A stretch of DNA of 64,000 bases from Octopus sinensis (taxonomy: Eukaryota): contig NC_043000.1 of assembly GCF_006345805.1 (NCBI RefSeq), positions 41,726,001-41,790,000 on the forward strand, given 5' to 3'. The notes beneath the pieces are model-generated. The model saw only the letters and a program-made list of their open reading frames with translations. It searched no databases and was not told where the DNA came from. Within the stretch, counting starts at the first letter, position 1. The number at the start of each line of letters is the position of its first letter. Both the position numbers and the translations under genes were made by a program. Positions 52,545 to 64,000 of the stretch are shown in pieces.

Positions 52545-52735
52545 TGTCTGTCTTTGAATTTTTGAGTTTGTGTATGTCCCCCAACCACCGCTTGACAAAC
52601 AGTGTTGGTGTGCTTACGTCCCCGTATCTAGCGATTCGGCAAAAGAGACCGATAGAATAAGTATCGAATAGTTTGACTAAAAAAGTTCCTCAAAGCGGTG
52701 ACCCAGCGTAGCTGAAACAAGATAAAAGTTAAAGA
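52545..52735 (+). mobile_element. SINE family B, 3' portion
   Basis: CCACCGCTTGACAAACAGTGTTGGTGTGCTTACGTCCCCGTA..CGGCAAAAGAGACCGATAGAATAAGTA. Confidence 0.8.
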
Positions 52736-53214
52736 TTAAAAAAAATAATTATGAAGGACTAAATTTTCGAAGACAAACCAAAGTATTGCACGAAAAGAGT
52801 TTTTAAATAATCATGGTATAGTGGTACTCCCTTGGTTGATGTTTTAACCTACAAAGATATTTGGTGGATCAAATAATTCAATGAAATTTGTAATACCTAG
52901 CTTGAAGGACTGGAGAACTAATTTGGTTCCATAATATAAGTTTCTAGTCACTGAATATAGATATGATGTTTTTGAGTGACTCATATTTCTACTTTCAGAC
53001 CGATCTCATTTTATCTTCCGTGTTAAACTAATATCATTGGTACTAAGAAAAGAAAAGCAGGTTATAAGTTAAAGGGGAAATACTCATAACTCTAAATCAA
53101 TTATTTCTGGTTTTTTTTTTTTTATGGATGATTTCGATGTATTTACCTGAATTGGTCGAACTTTAGAATGCAAAGAGTTTTTTTTTTTTAAATGCTATGT
53201 GTTAGTTCTTCCCG

Positions 53215-53370
53215 CTTTTTACTGTCTGAGTTCGAACTCCGCCGAGGTTAACTTTTCCCGCCATTTCTCCGAAAACTATAAAATGCAGTGCCAATCAAGT
53301 ACTGGGGTCAATGGTATCGACCACCCCCTCCCCCAAACTAGCAGGCTTTATGCCTAAGTTTGAAACAATC
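53215..53370 (+). mobile_element. Decayed SINE family A ending in (ATC)n
   Basis: CTGAGTTCGAACTCCGCCGAGG..GTACTGGGGTCAAT. Confidence 0.7.
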
Positions 53371-53446
53371 ATCATCATCATCATCATGATCTGCAGCAGC
53401 AGCAGCGTCGGTAGTAGCAGCAACAAAAGTAGTAGTAGTAGTAGTA

Positions 53447-53509
<63 letters not shown>

Positions 53510-53884
53510 CAGTAGTGAGTAAGTGCATGTCCGACGGTGAATGCACTTGTCACAGCTGACGTCCTCAAGTCAACAAGCCAAACTGGCGCCACGTTAAGGA
53601 CGCTTAATTCAAACGTCTGATCAGTTACAGAGGTATACGTAATTGTCTATGCGTCGTATGTGGGCTTGTTTGTGACTGTTTCTATACAAACCTACGCACA
53701 ACTAAAACGATAATTAAAGAAACCAGTACATAGAAATTTTTATGTAAGAAGACATAAAATATACATACAAATAAACATCTCGCTCCCACTCCATATATAT
53801 ATATATAAACATATATATGTATGTATATATATATATATTATATATATATATATATAGATATATATATATATAAACATATATATG

Positions 53885-53929
<45 letters not shown>

Positions 53930-53947
53930 TATATATATGTATGTATG

Positions 53948-54016
<69 letters not shown>

Positions 54017-54119
54017 AGAGACATAGACAGACAGACAATTAGACAGACAGATAGGTAGGTAGGTGGGTAGGTAGGTAGGTAGGTAGGTAGGTAGGTAGGT
54101 AGGGAGGGAGGGAGGCTCT

Positions 54120-55310
54120 CCGTAGATTTCGACGACGAGTAGGCAGTTGTTCAATCAACTAAAGTACCTACACTTTGAATGGAGGATGACAGAGTATTTC
54201 ACAGACACGTGTTTCCTTAACATAACTCTCAAATAGAACTGAGGGCGACCCAGTATCTGTCATAGATGGACCTTTGAATCTTAGGTGCTACTCATTCAAC
54301 GGACTCTCAAACAATACCCGTCCATATTTATATGAAGTACCAGTCATGTAGTGAAACTGATTTAGTTGTCTTATCCCTTCAACCCAAATATATGGCCATG
54401 CATGTTGTTCCCTCAACAGAGATTCATAGTAGCTGCAAGACCTATCGTTTGAAGCAATTTGTAAGGTTCCATTTGGGTACCATTCATATTTTCGTAAAAT
54501 ATACAGCGATGAAAATTTTTGCAGATGAAGTCGACAACATTGGTAAGGCTGTATAGGAAGATGTCTTTTGTAGATATTTTGGGACCTTTCTTCATGCAGT
54601 TAGTGCGGATCCGGCGTTGGGAGTATAGATTGCACGTGGCCCTTGGACATGAGAGATTGAAAAAATGTTGAAGCTGGAATCATCTACGTAACGTCGGTCT
54701 TTGTTGGAAATGATGGAGCTTAGATTGGTGATACATAGGAGGAAAAATATGGATGTCAAAATTGAACTCTGAGGTACATCAGATTTGATAGAATTTGGGT
54801 CAAAATGAGAGAGGAAGATGAAAAGCGAAAGGGAAATATATGAGAACATGTTGCGAAAGGTTGATCTGAAAGGAAGGTAATAGTCCAAGAGAATAGAGAT
54901 GAATAAAGGATACAGACGGGTAGTTTTGACAGATAATTCGTATGCGCGACACGGTTTGCTGATATGGAGGACAACAACCCAGCTTTCATTTTATTACTCG
55001 CTAAGTATTTTATGTGTAGGATTTTGAGGAACATGCATAGGAGGTGATTTTTACTTACGCACCTTGTTTTGATTCTGATGAGTCAAGTATAAAATGTTAT
55101 GTACTGCCGGGGACAGCGAGCACATAACTATCGGAGCTCCTACAATTTAGCTGGATTGAAGCAATATAGGGTCTCGGAGGCTGGGTAAGGCGTGGTGTAG
55201 TCGGTGGATGTATGGGGAGTTGCTCGACAGAGTTGTGACTGGAAGATCCATTTGATGTTGAGACATTAATGGTCTGGTAGATGTTTGGAATGATTTTGAT
55301 CATAGAATGG
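54120..55310 (-). mobile_element. Decayed LINE ORF2 reverse transcriptase (CR1/L2/Jockey group)
   Basis: ISANRVAHTNYLSKL, LFSWTITFLSD, IKSDVPQSSILTSIFFLLCITNL, RRYVDDSS (the YADD motif). Confidence 0.8.
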
Positions 55311-55579
55311 CTAAATCTGAAACTATGGGGGTGAGGCTGAAATGTTCCTGTCTTTGGGTAAAAGAAAATACAGGAGGATCAGTTAATTATGATTTCATTC
55401 TACATGTTCCACTCAGATTCACACACTTATTGCAGCGGTCCTTCACTTTTTCTAAGCTCTGTAAAAGAACTTGAAATATTGGGATTCCAACCAGGTCTAT
55501 CACGACAACCTTAAAGCCAAGAAGGTATTACTACCCATAATAGTCTGGTTAAACCGCAATATCAGCACGGTCTATATTG

Positions 55580-56300
55580 AAACCACCACTACCACTATCA
55601 CCACCACCATCACCGCCATCACTACCACCAATACCACAACTCCCACCACCACAACCACAATTACCATCATAACCGCCATCATCATCCCCTTCTGCTATCA
55701 TCAATACCAGTGAAGAACGCTCGAAAATGTTCCAATTATAACTACTATCACTATTACCTTACTACCATCACCACTACAATCCTAACACCAACACTACCAC
55801 TACTACCCCTCCATCGCCACCTACCTCCGTCGTCACTGTCAATCTTGTCGTTGCCACCTCCCGACTTACTCATCAGCACCACCACCACCACCACCACCGC
55901 CACTGCCGCAATTCCGTTCCATCAGTACGGCCACAAGTACTAACTGTCAATCATACCATCACTATCACCATCACCACCACACACTTCCATTGCCACTACT
56001 ACCACCACCACCACCACCACCACCATCACCGCCACCACCATTTCTACTACCACAAGCTGTCAATCATGCCATCACCGCTCCAACTATAGCCTATGTCACA
56101 CAGTCTTCACCATAACCACCACCATCAACAACAATAACACCACCACCACCACCGCCACCGCCACCACCACCACCGCCACCACCACCACCACCATCACCGT
56201 CACTGCCTCTGTCTCCGTAACCGCCATTGGTTGTGTCACAATCTGTCAGCAACGCCATTGTCACCATTATCATCACGGATCTGCCCCAAGTTGACGCCAC
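55580..56300. repeat. Degenerate (ACC)/(ACT)/(ATC) low-complexity tract
   Basis: Direct inspection. Confidence 0.85.
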
Positions 56301-56514
56301 CGCCGTCCCTACCATCACGACTGCCCCTCGTTACAGGTATTTGACAAGGAAGATCTGAATTAAAACAACATTGGGAGTGGCAGTATGTCTGGGGCGAGGT
56401 GGTGGGGGCTGGGAAGGACCGGGGAAGGTAAGTTATCCAACCTGTTCTAACATCGCTGCCAACAACATCACTTACACTGGGTCTCTGTAAGTAGCTAGAA
56501 AATAGTGCAGAATG

Positions 56515-57030
56515 GGCGCAAGCATGGCTGTGTGGTAAGAAGCTTTCTTTCCGTCCCACTGCGTGACACCTTAAGCAAAGGTTTTCTGGTGTAGTTTCGG
56601 GCCGACCAAGCCCTGTGGGTGGATTTGGCAGACGGAAAGTGAGAAGCCCGTCATACACACACACAGGCACACACATATGTATGTATGTATGTAAGTATGT
56701 ATGTATGTATGTATGTATGTATGTATGTATGTATGTATGTATGTATGTATGTATGCATGCATGTATGTATGTATGTATGTATATTTGAGTACGTGCGCGC
56801 GCGTGTGTGCTTGTGAGTGTGTATGTGTGTCTGTGTGTGTACCCCGCAACGCTTGATAGCCGGTGCTGGTGTGTTTATGTTCCTGTAACAGTGATTCAGC
56901 AAAAGTGACATTTAGAATAAGTATCAAGCTTTAAAAAAAGTACTGGAGTCAATTCACACGACTAAACATTTTTCAAGGCGGTGCCCCAGCATGGCCACAG
57001 TTGAATGACTGAAACAAGTAAAAGATAAAA
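56515..57030 (+). mobile_element. SINE family B with internal (ATGT)n expansion
   Basis: Family B head and tail separated by a microsatellite. Confidence 0.85.
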
Positions 57031-57289
57031 TATATTGCAAACCACACCAAACTGTCTTAAAGGAAAAGATGCTTTAGATATTGTAGATATAAATACTCTA
57101 AAAATGACAGGGTGGTCATGGGTGGATTGCATTTAATCAAAGCTTTCCTCAACTGGAAGTGTTGTAAACCTTAGCAACAATAAATTAAGCAAAACTATGA
57201 TGAACAAATGAAGAAAGCTTTTCTATGTATCAAATTAACGTGTAAGCATTAGCAACCAAATTTCCTCAAATTCACCTTACACGCTAGAC

Positions 57290-57631
57290 GAAGGTGCATG
57301 GCTAAGTGATTAGAGCGTCGGGTTCACAATCATGAGGTAGTAAATTCGATTCCCGGACCAGTCTGTGTGTTGTGTTCTTGAGCAAAACGCTTTAATTCAC
57401 GTTGCTCCAGTTCACTCAGCTGCAGAAATGAGTTGCGATGTCACTAGTGCCAAGCTGTATCAGCCTTTGCCTTTTCCTTGAATTACATCGGTGGTGTTGA
57501 GAGAGGAGGCTGGTATGCATGGTCAACTGATGGGTCTTCCATAAACAATCTTGCCCGGACTTGTGGATCGGAGGGAAACTTTGTAGGGCAATCCCATGGT
57601 CATTCATGACCAAAGGGGGTCTTTACCTTTA
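57290..57631 (+). mobile_element. SINE family C, full length
   Basis: GAAGGTGCATGGCTAAGTG..TTCGATTCCCGGACC..GGGGGTCTTTACCTTTA. Confidence 0.85.
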
Positions 57632-57839
57632 CGTAGATGTTTACAGCCGGAGCACCTTCAGTGGTAGGCCAACAAAATGACAAACAGCGCGGCGCTGAAC
57701 CATTTTCACAAAGGGACAGAATAACCGCTCGTAAAATTCCAGATACCCAATATACCTACAGCTGTTTCATGCATTTGATGGTCATTTTATATATCTACGG
57801 ACGAACATGCAGTGATACTCATTAGAGTTGTATTCTGAA

Positions 57840-58080
57840 ATCTCTGGGTGTTTCCACAGCTATTCTCTTCCATGCTACCTGAACAATGTTGATGAAATCT
57901 CGCCTTGTTTTCAAGTGGCATTCTACTGACCCTATCCGTCACTTCTTTTTAGCCAGAGCCATCTAGATGTCTTTTCTTTGTCTCTACACTGTTTTTAGTG
58001 ATTCTGCTACCCATTCACGTAATGCACATGGTTCCACAGCCTTACTAAGAGAATGGCCTCCGAACGACCTGTGGGGTATA
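57840..58080 (-). mobile_element. Possible HERO-like non-LTR 3' remnant
   Basis: Minus frame ends ..KEKTSRWLWLKRSDG*, resembling the ASRWLWLKR C-terminus I recall for HERO-type elements. This rests on a single short motif. Confidence 0.4.
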
Positions 58081-58299
58081 TGTTTCAGAAGATTCAAAAA
58101 CACATACCCACTGGGTTACATATAAAATACAATCCTAATTACACGAACAAAATAACTCAATAAAATAAAGAATAATACTCAAACACAACGTACCGATGCC
58201 ATTCAACAAATGTGGTAGTCAAATCTCCCTCAAATCCCATCCTATTATTTTATAAAACGAAAGACATATTGAATCATGCAGTCAGATATACTGTCTGAA

Positions 58300-58765
58300 A
58301 AGGCATGACTGTATGGGTAAGAAGTCCACATAGTTCCGGGTTCAGTTCCACTGCGTGATACTTTGGGTAAGTGTCTTCTACTATACCCTCAGACCAACCA
58401 AAGTCTTATGAGTGGATTTGGTAGACGGAAACTAAAACAATCCCGTCGTTTAAATGCATGTATGTATGTATGTATGTATGTATAAACACACACACACGCA
58501 TATATATATATATATAAATATAAATATAAATATATATATATACACACACGTGTGTGTCTTTGTGTCAGTGTTCGTCCCCTCCACCGCTTGATAACCGGTG
58601 TTGGTGTGTTTACGGCGTTGGTGTGTTTTACGTCCCCGTACTTAGAGTAAGTACCAGGCTTAACAGAAGAGTACTGGGGTCGATTCACTCGACTAAAAAT
58701 TCTTCAAGGCAGTGCCTCAACATGTCCGTAGTCTAATGTCTACAACAAGTAAAAGATAAAAGATA
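58300..58765 (+). mobile_element. SINE family B, full length with internal microsatellite
   Basis: Head GGGTTCAGTTCCACTGCG, tail CAACAAGTAAAAGATAAAAG. Confidence 0.85.
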
Positions 58766-58869
58766 ATACACGTTATGGTAAGGAATGCAAAAATAGAAAA
58801 AAATAGCAAAGGAATTTCTAAAAACAACAAAAAAAAGAAAAAAACGATGACAGTCTTATTCAAGATAAA

Positions 58870-59676
58870 GGCGGCGAGCTGGCAGAATCGTTAGCACGCC
58901 GGGCGAAATGTGTAGCCGTATTTCGTCTGCCGTTACGTTCTGAGCTCAAATTCCGCCGAGATCGACTTTGCCTTTCATCCTTTCGGGGTCGATTAAATAA
59001 GTACCAGTTACGCACTGGAGTCGATATAATCGATTTAATCCGTTTGTCTGTCCTTGTCTATCCTCTCTGTGTTTAGCCCCTTGAGGGTAGTAAAGAAATA
59101 GCTATTTCGTCTGCCGTTACGTTGTGAGTTCAAATTCCGCCGATGTCCACTTTGCCTTTCATCCTTTTGAGGTCGATAAATTAAGTACCAGTTGCAGACT
59201 GGGGTCCATCTAAATGACTGGTCCCCCAGCCAAAATTTCGGGCATTGTGCCTAGAGTAGAAAAGATTCTCTTTAATGTGGCGAGCTGGCAGAAACGTTTG
59301 CATGCCGGGCGAAATGCTTAGCGTATTTCGTCTGCTGTTACGTTCTGAGTTCAAATTCCGCCGAGGTCGACTTTGCCTTTCATCCTTTCGGGGTCGATAA
59401 ATTAATTACCAGTTACGCACTAGGGACGATGTAATCGACTTAATCCGTTTGTCTGTCCTTGTTTGTCCTCTCTGTGTTTAGCCCCTTGTGTGTAGTAAAG
59501 AAATAGGTATTTCATCTGCCGTTATGTTCTGAGTTCAGATCCCGCCGAGGTCGACTTTGCCTTTCATTCTTTCGAGTCGATAAATTAAGTACCAGTCGTG
59601 TACTGGAGTTGATCTAATTGACTTCCCTCACTCCCATACGCAAAAAAAAAATCGGGCCTTGTGCCTAGAGTAGAAA
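58870..59676 (+). mobile_element. Tetrameric SINE family A insertion (two dimers) inside one 18-bp TSD
   Basis: Monomers at 58870-59100, 59101-59264, 59278-59505 and 59506-59676. AGTCTTATTCAAGATAAA at 58852-58869 and 59677-59694. Confidence 0.9.
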
Positions 59677-60612
59677 AGTCTTATTCAAGATAAACCACAA
59701 AAAGAAAAAAAGTAAAATGACAGCATAACGCTACAAAAAGCAACAAATTGCATTATTTCCTCTTTTACTTGCCTTCGATTCTTCAGCTATAGACTGTGGA
59801 TGAAATAAAACGACCGAGAATTCTCTTGACATATACAAAGGATAAATGACTCGAAATTAGTGTGAACTCTCTGAAAAGATTTTTAAAAAAATATCTTATG
59901 AATTTTTTATTCTTCCCTATTATCCTCCAGTACACTGACACACAAAACAATGTCAATGACAGCTACAGCTTGCTGTCACAGCCATAAAATAGAAACTATT
60001 TCACCTGTCACTTCAACTATCTTTGTTTTAATGGTGTTAATAAAAGAAAAAAGAACATTCGCTCATTTACCTACTACTTATTTCTTTATTACCCACAAGG
60101 GGCTAAACACAGAGGGGACAGACTTACCTACTACCGACGACACGAAACAATCAGCCGTCATCCGTGAATGCGTATGGTTTGGTAGCATGTACTATGTTTT
60201 CGCCAATTGTTTTAGGTGCCTATGTAGTCGCGAGCAGATACAGACACACTCTTGACCCTACCACATTTTTGTGAGTGTTGGAGGAAGAGAGAGCTGCACC
60301 AGCACTAGATAGGTACTGATTCTGAGCTGAATAAACTGATGCAACGTAAAATGAGTCTTTGATATTGCTATACATGCGTTCTTCTTTAGATTGATAGAGA
60401 GGGAGAGAGAGAGAGAGTGAGAGAAAGAGAGAGAAAGAGAGTGAGAGAGAGAACTCGGCTAGCTAGCATCAATAGCAACCAGATATTAGGTGATATTCAA
60501 CCCCAGCCATTTAGAATATGATACCTCAATCTATTAGGAGAACATGAAAAACTGATTTGTGAACCACCTCTCAGCTCACCAAGAATATATTAAAATGAAT
60601 CCAGAATTGGTG

Positions 60613-62403
60613 TAACTACAGACGTATACTCTCTCGACTTTGTTGCCGCATAACTTTCAGAAAATGGATACTTCTTAACGAAAGTTTCAACAAATTATCG
60701 CTTAGATTCTGTAGATTGAGTGTATGTAAAGATTTGGTGGAAAAAAATTTCCCGAGGGGTTGGGGAAATGAGTTCCCAAAAATTCTCAGAGCCTGACATT
60801 TTCCCCCTCATAACTTTCAGGAAAATGGGCATCTTTTAATGAAATTTTATACAAATATCTTTCAAGAGGTGTCGATTACGATTACAAAGAAATTTGTAGG
60901 CAAACTTTTTTGGAGGGGGGCGGGGGGAGGAGTTTCTGGAAAACGGTGTTTCGGATCAGACGGCCAACTGAAGTTGGAATTTCTCCGTTTTGACGGATTT
61001 TTTTCCAATTTTTTTCAGCACTGTCTTCGAAATGATGGGAGGCATCTTTTTATGAAAAAAAAAAGAAGAAAATGTTTGAAAATTTGCGATTAATTTTCAC
61101 TCCCGCCATCCCCTCACCAATCCAGGCCGATTTGGGCCAATATATATATATATTTTTTTTTTCACTAGGTACTTAAAAATCATGGGAGAAACCTTTTCGG
61201 TTAAAAAATAATTTAATCTTTTCAGAGGAAATAAAATGATTCAAGGGAGATTTTGATGCTGTTTCTAGCACATCGCAAGGCCAAACTCCTTGTTTTCTTC
61301 TCACTCAAATATGTACTTATGTTTTACAATATTTTCCCCCATAAACACATATAAGCTATATATAAAAGAAAAACTTTAAAATTATATTTTTAGCCCCACT
61401 CCCTGCTCCCGATTGCTTCTATTTATATTATTCTAAAATATTAGAGAGCCTGAGAAGATTATTTCTGGGATTTATCCAGAGTGATTTCAATAAGAGGTAT
61501 GTGAAAGATGATTTATTTTGATAGTATAATTTCCTGTCAGAAAATGTTTTTTCTTACACACACGGCCTTGTTCGGTTGAAGTGCGAGTAAAAATTTAAGC
61601 TACCATTCTTTTCTTTATCTTTGCTTATATACCAGCAATGGACTACGCGTGTGTTACTTTGACATCATCACTCCATAAAATTTGTTTATACAGAGAAAAA
61701 CTTGAAAAATATCAATAGATGTTAGAAGGAGGTCTTGGGATGTGCTAGAAACAACAGCCAAATCTCTCTTATATCATACATTTTGCTCTGAGATTATTAA
61801 CAATTTTTTTAAAAACCAAATATTTTTCTCTCACGGGTTTTAAATGCGCAGTGAAAAAAAAAAGGAAAAAGCCAAAATCGGTCCGGGTTGGAGTGGTGAG
61901 GGGGTAGCAGGAGTGAAAAAAGATTATAAATCTTCAAAATCTCTTTTTTTTTTTTCGTAAAAAGATACCTCTCATCATTCCGAAGACTATGCTGGAACAA
62001 AAAATGGGAAAAATCCCCATCAAAAAAGAGAACTTGCAACTTATGTGGGCCGTTTGATCCGAAACTCCGTTTTCCAGAAACTCCTTCCCCTACCTGCCCG
62101 CTAAAACAATTTCGCCTAAAGATATCTTTGTAATCGTAATCTACAATGTTTGAAAGGTATTTGTATAAAATTTCATTAAAAAAATACCCGTTTTTCTGAA
62201 AGTTATGAGCGCACCTAAGTGTTGGGTCGTATGAATTTTCCGAAACGCCTTTCCCCAACCCCTCGGAAAAAAATTCCAACAAATCTTTACATACACTCAG
62301 TCTACACAATCTAAGCAATTACTTGTTGAAAGTTTCGTTAAAAAGTATCCCTTTTCTGGAAGTTATGAGGCAACAAAGTCGAGTGAGTATACATCTGTAG
62401 TTA
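60613..62403. mobile_element. Large fold-back / non-autonomous TIR element with ~680-bp inverted arms
   Basis: 60613-~61290 versus ~61726-62403 are inverted, about 75-90% identical by eye. Internal repeat CATAACTTTCAG at 60649 and 60809. Confidence 0.8.
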
Positions 62404-63471
62404 TGCCCCTGAATCTATACTTTCCCTAATGGGATAACACAAAGATTGCTCCTCTTACCTTCTCGTTATTAACCTATCCCTATACAAATTAACGCTTCTC
62501 TTCAAGCACAGATTACATCTCACTGACATCATCCCACCATTTTACAAACAAAGTAGCAGATATACACGAAGCCTACATCAACTACCTAGAAATAAATAGA
62601 TATAAAAAATCATTGGCCATTACCCTTTTCTGTTGCTATAAGAAGCATTTAAGAATGTGTAACCAACCCTCACGCGCAACGACACAGACCAGTTGTTCTC
62701 AGACTTTTTGACTTCGTGAAGATTAAATAAACAATTAATGACCCACCAGAGATTAAATATGGTACTGACTTACTTCGAACGGGAATTAAACAAAACTGTT
62801 TCTTCTTTTTTTTTGTTTAGTTATAAAATCAATAAAAATATATAGAAACTCTTATTTGTCCTATTTATTTTTCTAATCTCTTTTATAATCCCTCTAGTGT
62901 ATAGCAGAATTATGAATAACCATGCGTTTTCAAGACAATGAAGATTTAATATATTTTTTAAAAACCTTTATATTTTCTAACCACTGACACAAACACACAA
63001 AAAACTTGAAATTTCATAAAGTACTTCTATAAAATTTGCAGCAGAAATGGGAGCAACAGCCCGTAACTATATTTAGCTCACATTTGGATAACAGGAAAAA
63101 AACATTTGTTTTCAGAGAATACATTAGATTCATTATAGAAGATACGAAACATAGCTGGGTTTCGAATTTTTATGCAAAAGTTCATGAATTACAAAGAACA
63201 TAAAGATAACACTCATAGAATAACAAACTTTTACCATCACAGGCTGCATATCATTCCCACACGTGTATTGCATTCATTATGAAACAAACACCTCAAAATA
63301 ATAAAAAAATAATAATAAAAACTTTCTCGACATGAGAAGGATACTTTATTTTACGACTCAAAATGGTAATATAGTTTTTTTACCAGTATAGGTACGATCA
63401 CCTCATACATCAAGGCACATTGAGGCACATACATCGAGGCACAACAGTCGTAGCCAATCATACCAAATCGA

Positions 63472-63507
<36 letters not shown>

Positions 63508-63844
63508 ACAGAGTGTTCACCATGTAATATCTGTTATATATCTGAAAATGTAGTCTTCGTTTACACTGTATCTAGAAACAAAAGAATCGATGATCACAGC
63601 TAGAACAACTTTGAGCAGAGATATAGTAGATCAGAGCCGATTTAAATACTTTTTCCAACAATAGACACAATTGCTGTAAATCGGATTGTATCCCTTAGCT
63701 AGACAGAGGAATGAAAAGGTTTGTTAGTCGTAGGTCTATATCTTCTCCCATTTAAATAGTCAAACAGTCAAACAAACTTATGTTCGAACTGGGATACACA
63801 ACGAAAAGAGGATACTCGACTAAAGGAATAAAATCCAATAAAAC

Positions 63845-64000
63845 TAATAATCCTTTCTACTATAGATACATACACAAAAAAAGTTTGTTTATGACATTGA
63901 CCCCCAGGCAGGTACAGTTTTTTTCACCGCCTCGAAAGGATGAAAGGCAAATTTGACCTCAGAACATAAAGAACCGGGAGAAATGCCGCCAAGCATTTTG
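63845..64000 (-). mobile_element. SINE family A, decayed, cut by window end
   Basis: GAAAGGATGAAAGGCAAATTTGACCTC..AAATGCCGCCAAGCATTTTG. Confidence 0.75.

Overview
Repeat-saturated animal genomic DNA, most likely a coleoid cephalopod such as Octopus (inferred from extreme microsatellite density and the tRNA-derived SINE types). The only recognisable host gene is an achaete-scute-type bHLH gene (ASCL1-like) at the 5' edge. Its long polyQ/polyN N-terminus is split from the bHLH frame by a 1-bp indel near 802. The other ~62 kb has no recognisable host exon. It holds a 5'-truncated Helitron (PIF1 helicase with one nonsense codon, plus the hairpin-CTAG end), several R4/Dong-like and other non-LTR remnants, about 25 SINE copies of three families, fold-back elements, and near-identical tandem duplications that may be assembly artefacts. 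The main hunt result is a set of hammerhead ribozyme motifs. Conventional or minimal type I hammerheads sit in short Penelope-like footprints in microsatellites (16.3, 28.7, 41.2, 48.5 kb). At 20.3-25.3 kb there are four diverged versions of a hammerhead whose strands are in a non-circularly permuted, pseudoknotted order, supported by compensatory changes in stems I and II, within a head-to-tail array of ~0.7-0.9 kb non-coding units. All alignments, folds and identities were done by eye; no database search or folding program was run.
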